A stretch of 64,000 nucleotides of DNA, taken from positions 62,001 to 126,000 of the forward strand of contig CBFFRP010000152.1 of the NCBI GenBank assembly GCA_965644295.1, written 5' to 3'. The notes beneath the pieces are model-generated. The model was not told where the DNA came from. It ran no database searches and was given only the letters and a program-made list of their open reading frames with translations. This stretch comes from Paraphysomonas bandaiensis. Lineage: Eukaryota > Protista > Chrysophyceae. Both the position numbers and the translations under genes were made by a program. Shown here one piece after another: positions 63,901 to 64,000 of this stretch (positions are counted from its first letter, which is position 1; every line of letters begins with the position of its first letter).

Positions 63901-64000
63901 AGTTGCGATCACTGGGTAAGTTTGACATAGAGAGCGAAGTACAACCCGATTGCGGCACTTCAACGAAAGAGGGACCTGTCGCCCCCCTGGAAGATTTTGT
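60973..64000 (+). CDS. Large multi-exon hypothetical protein, runs past window end
   Basis: Consecutive + strand ORFs (338, 99, 232, 110 aa) separated by short GT-AG introns; no recognised domain. Confidence 0.7.

Overview
Eukaryotic, intron-containing DNA (mostly short GT-AG introns of about 50-130 nt), almost certainly from a flagellate stramenopile: it encodes a Sig3/Ocm3-type tubular mastigoneme domain and a nine-TM cadherin. A chrysophyte-like ochrophyte is my inference. Housekeeping genes: MFS transporter, RRP40, a multi-cNMP-binding protein, RPS12, LSM7, 2-oxoglutarate dehydrogenase E1, TRMT2A-like methyltransferase and an S10 serine carboxypeptidase. A ~4,980-aa cadherin/IPT/9-TM protein occupies 28-43 kb, and a repeat-rich accessory block runs from 43 to 58 kb. 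The most striking item is a young, internally deleted Ty1/copia element (45729-48761, minus strand) with CG...CG LTR termini and a 5-bp TSD. It has no tRNA-type PBS; the sequence just after the 5' LTR is perfectly complementary to a segment inside its own LTR, which is the geometry of Tf1-style self-priming. Also notable: a poly(A)-less LINE-like family leaving 55-980 bp insertions with 12-16 bp TSDs, silaffin-like KxxK/acidic repeats in the cadherin, an LVIVD-repeat::mastigoneme fusion, a coiled-coil::acylphosphatase-like gene between long direct repeats, and an intronless HDAC pseudogene. All calls come from reading the sequence by eye; no searches were run.
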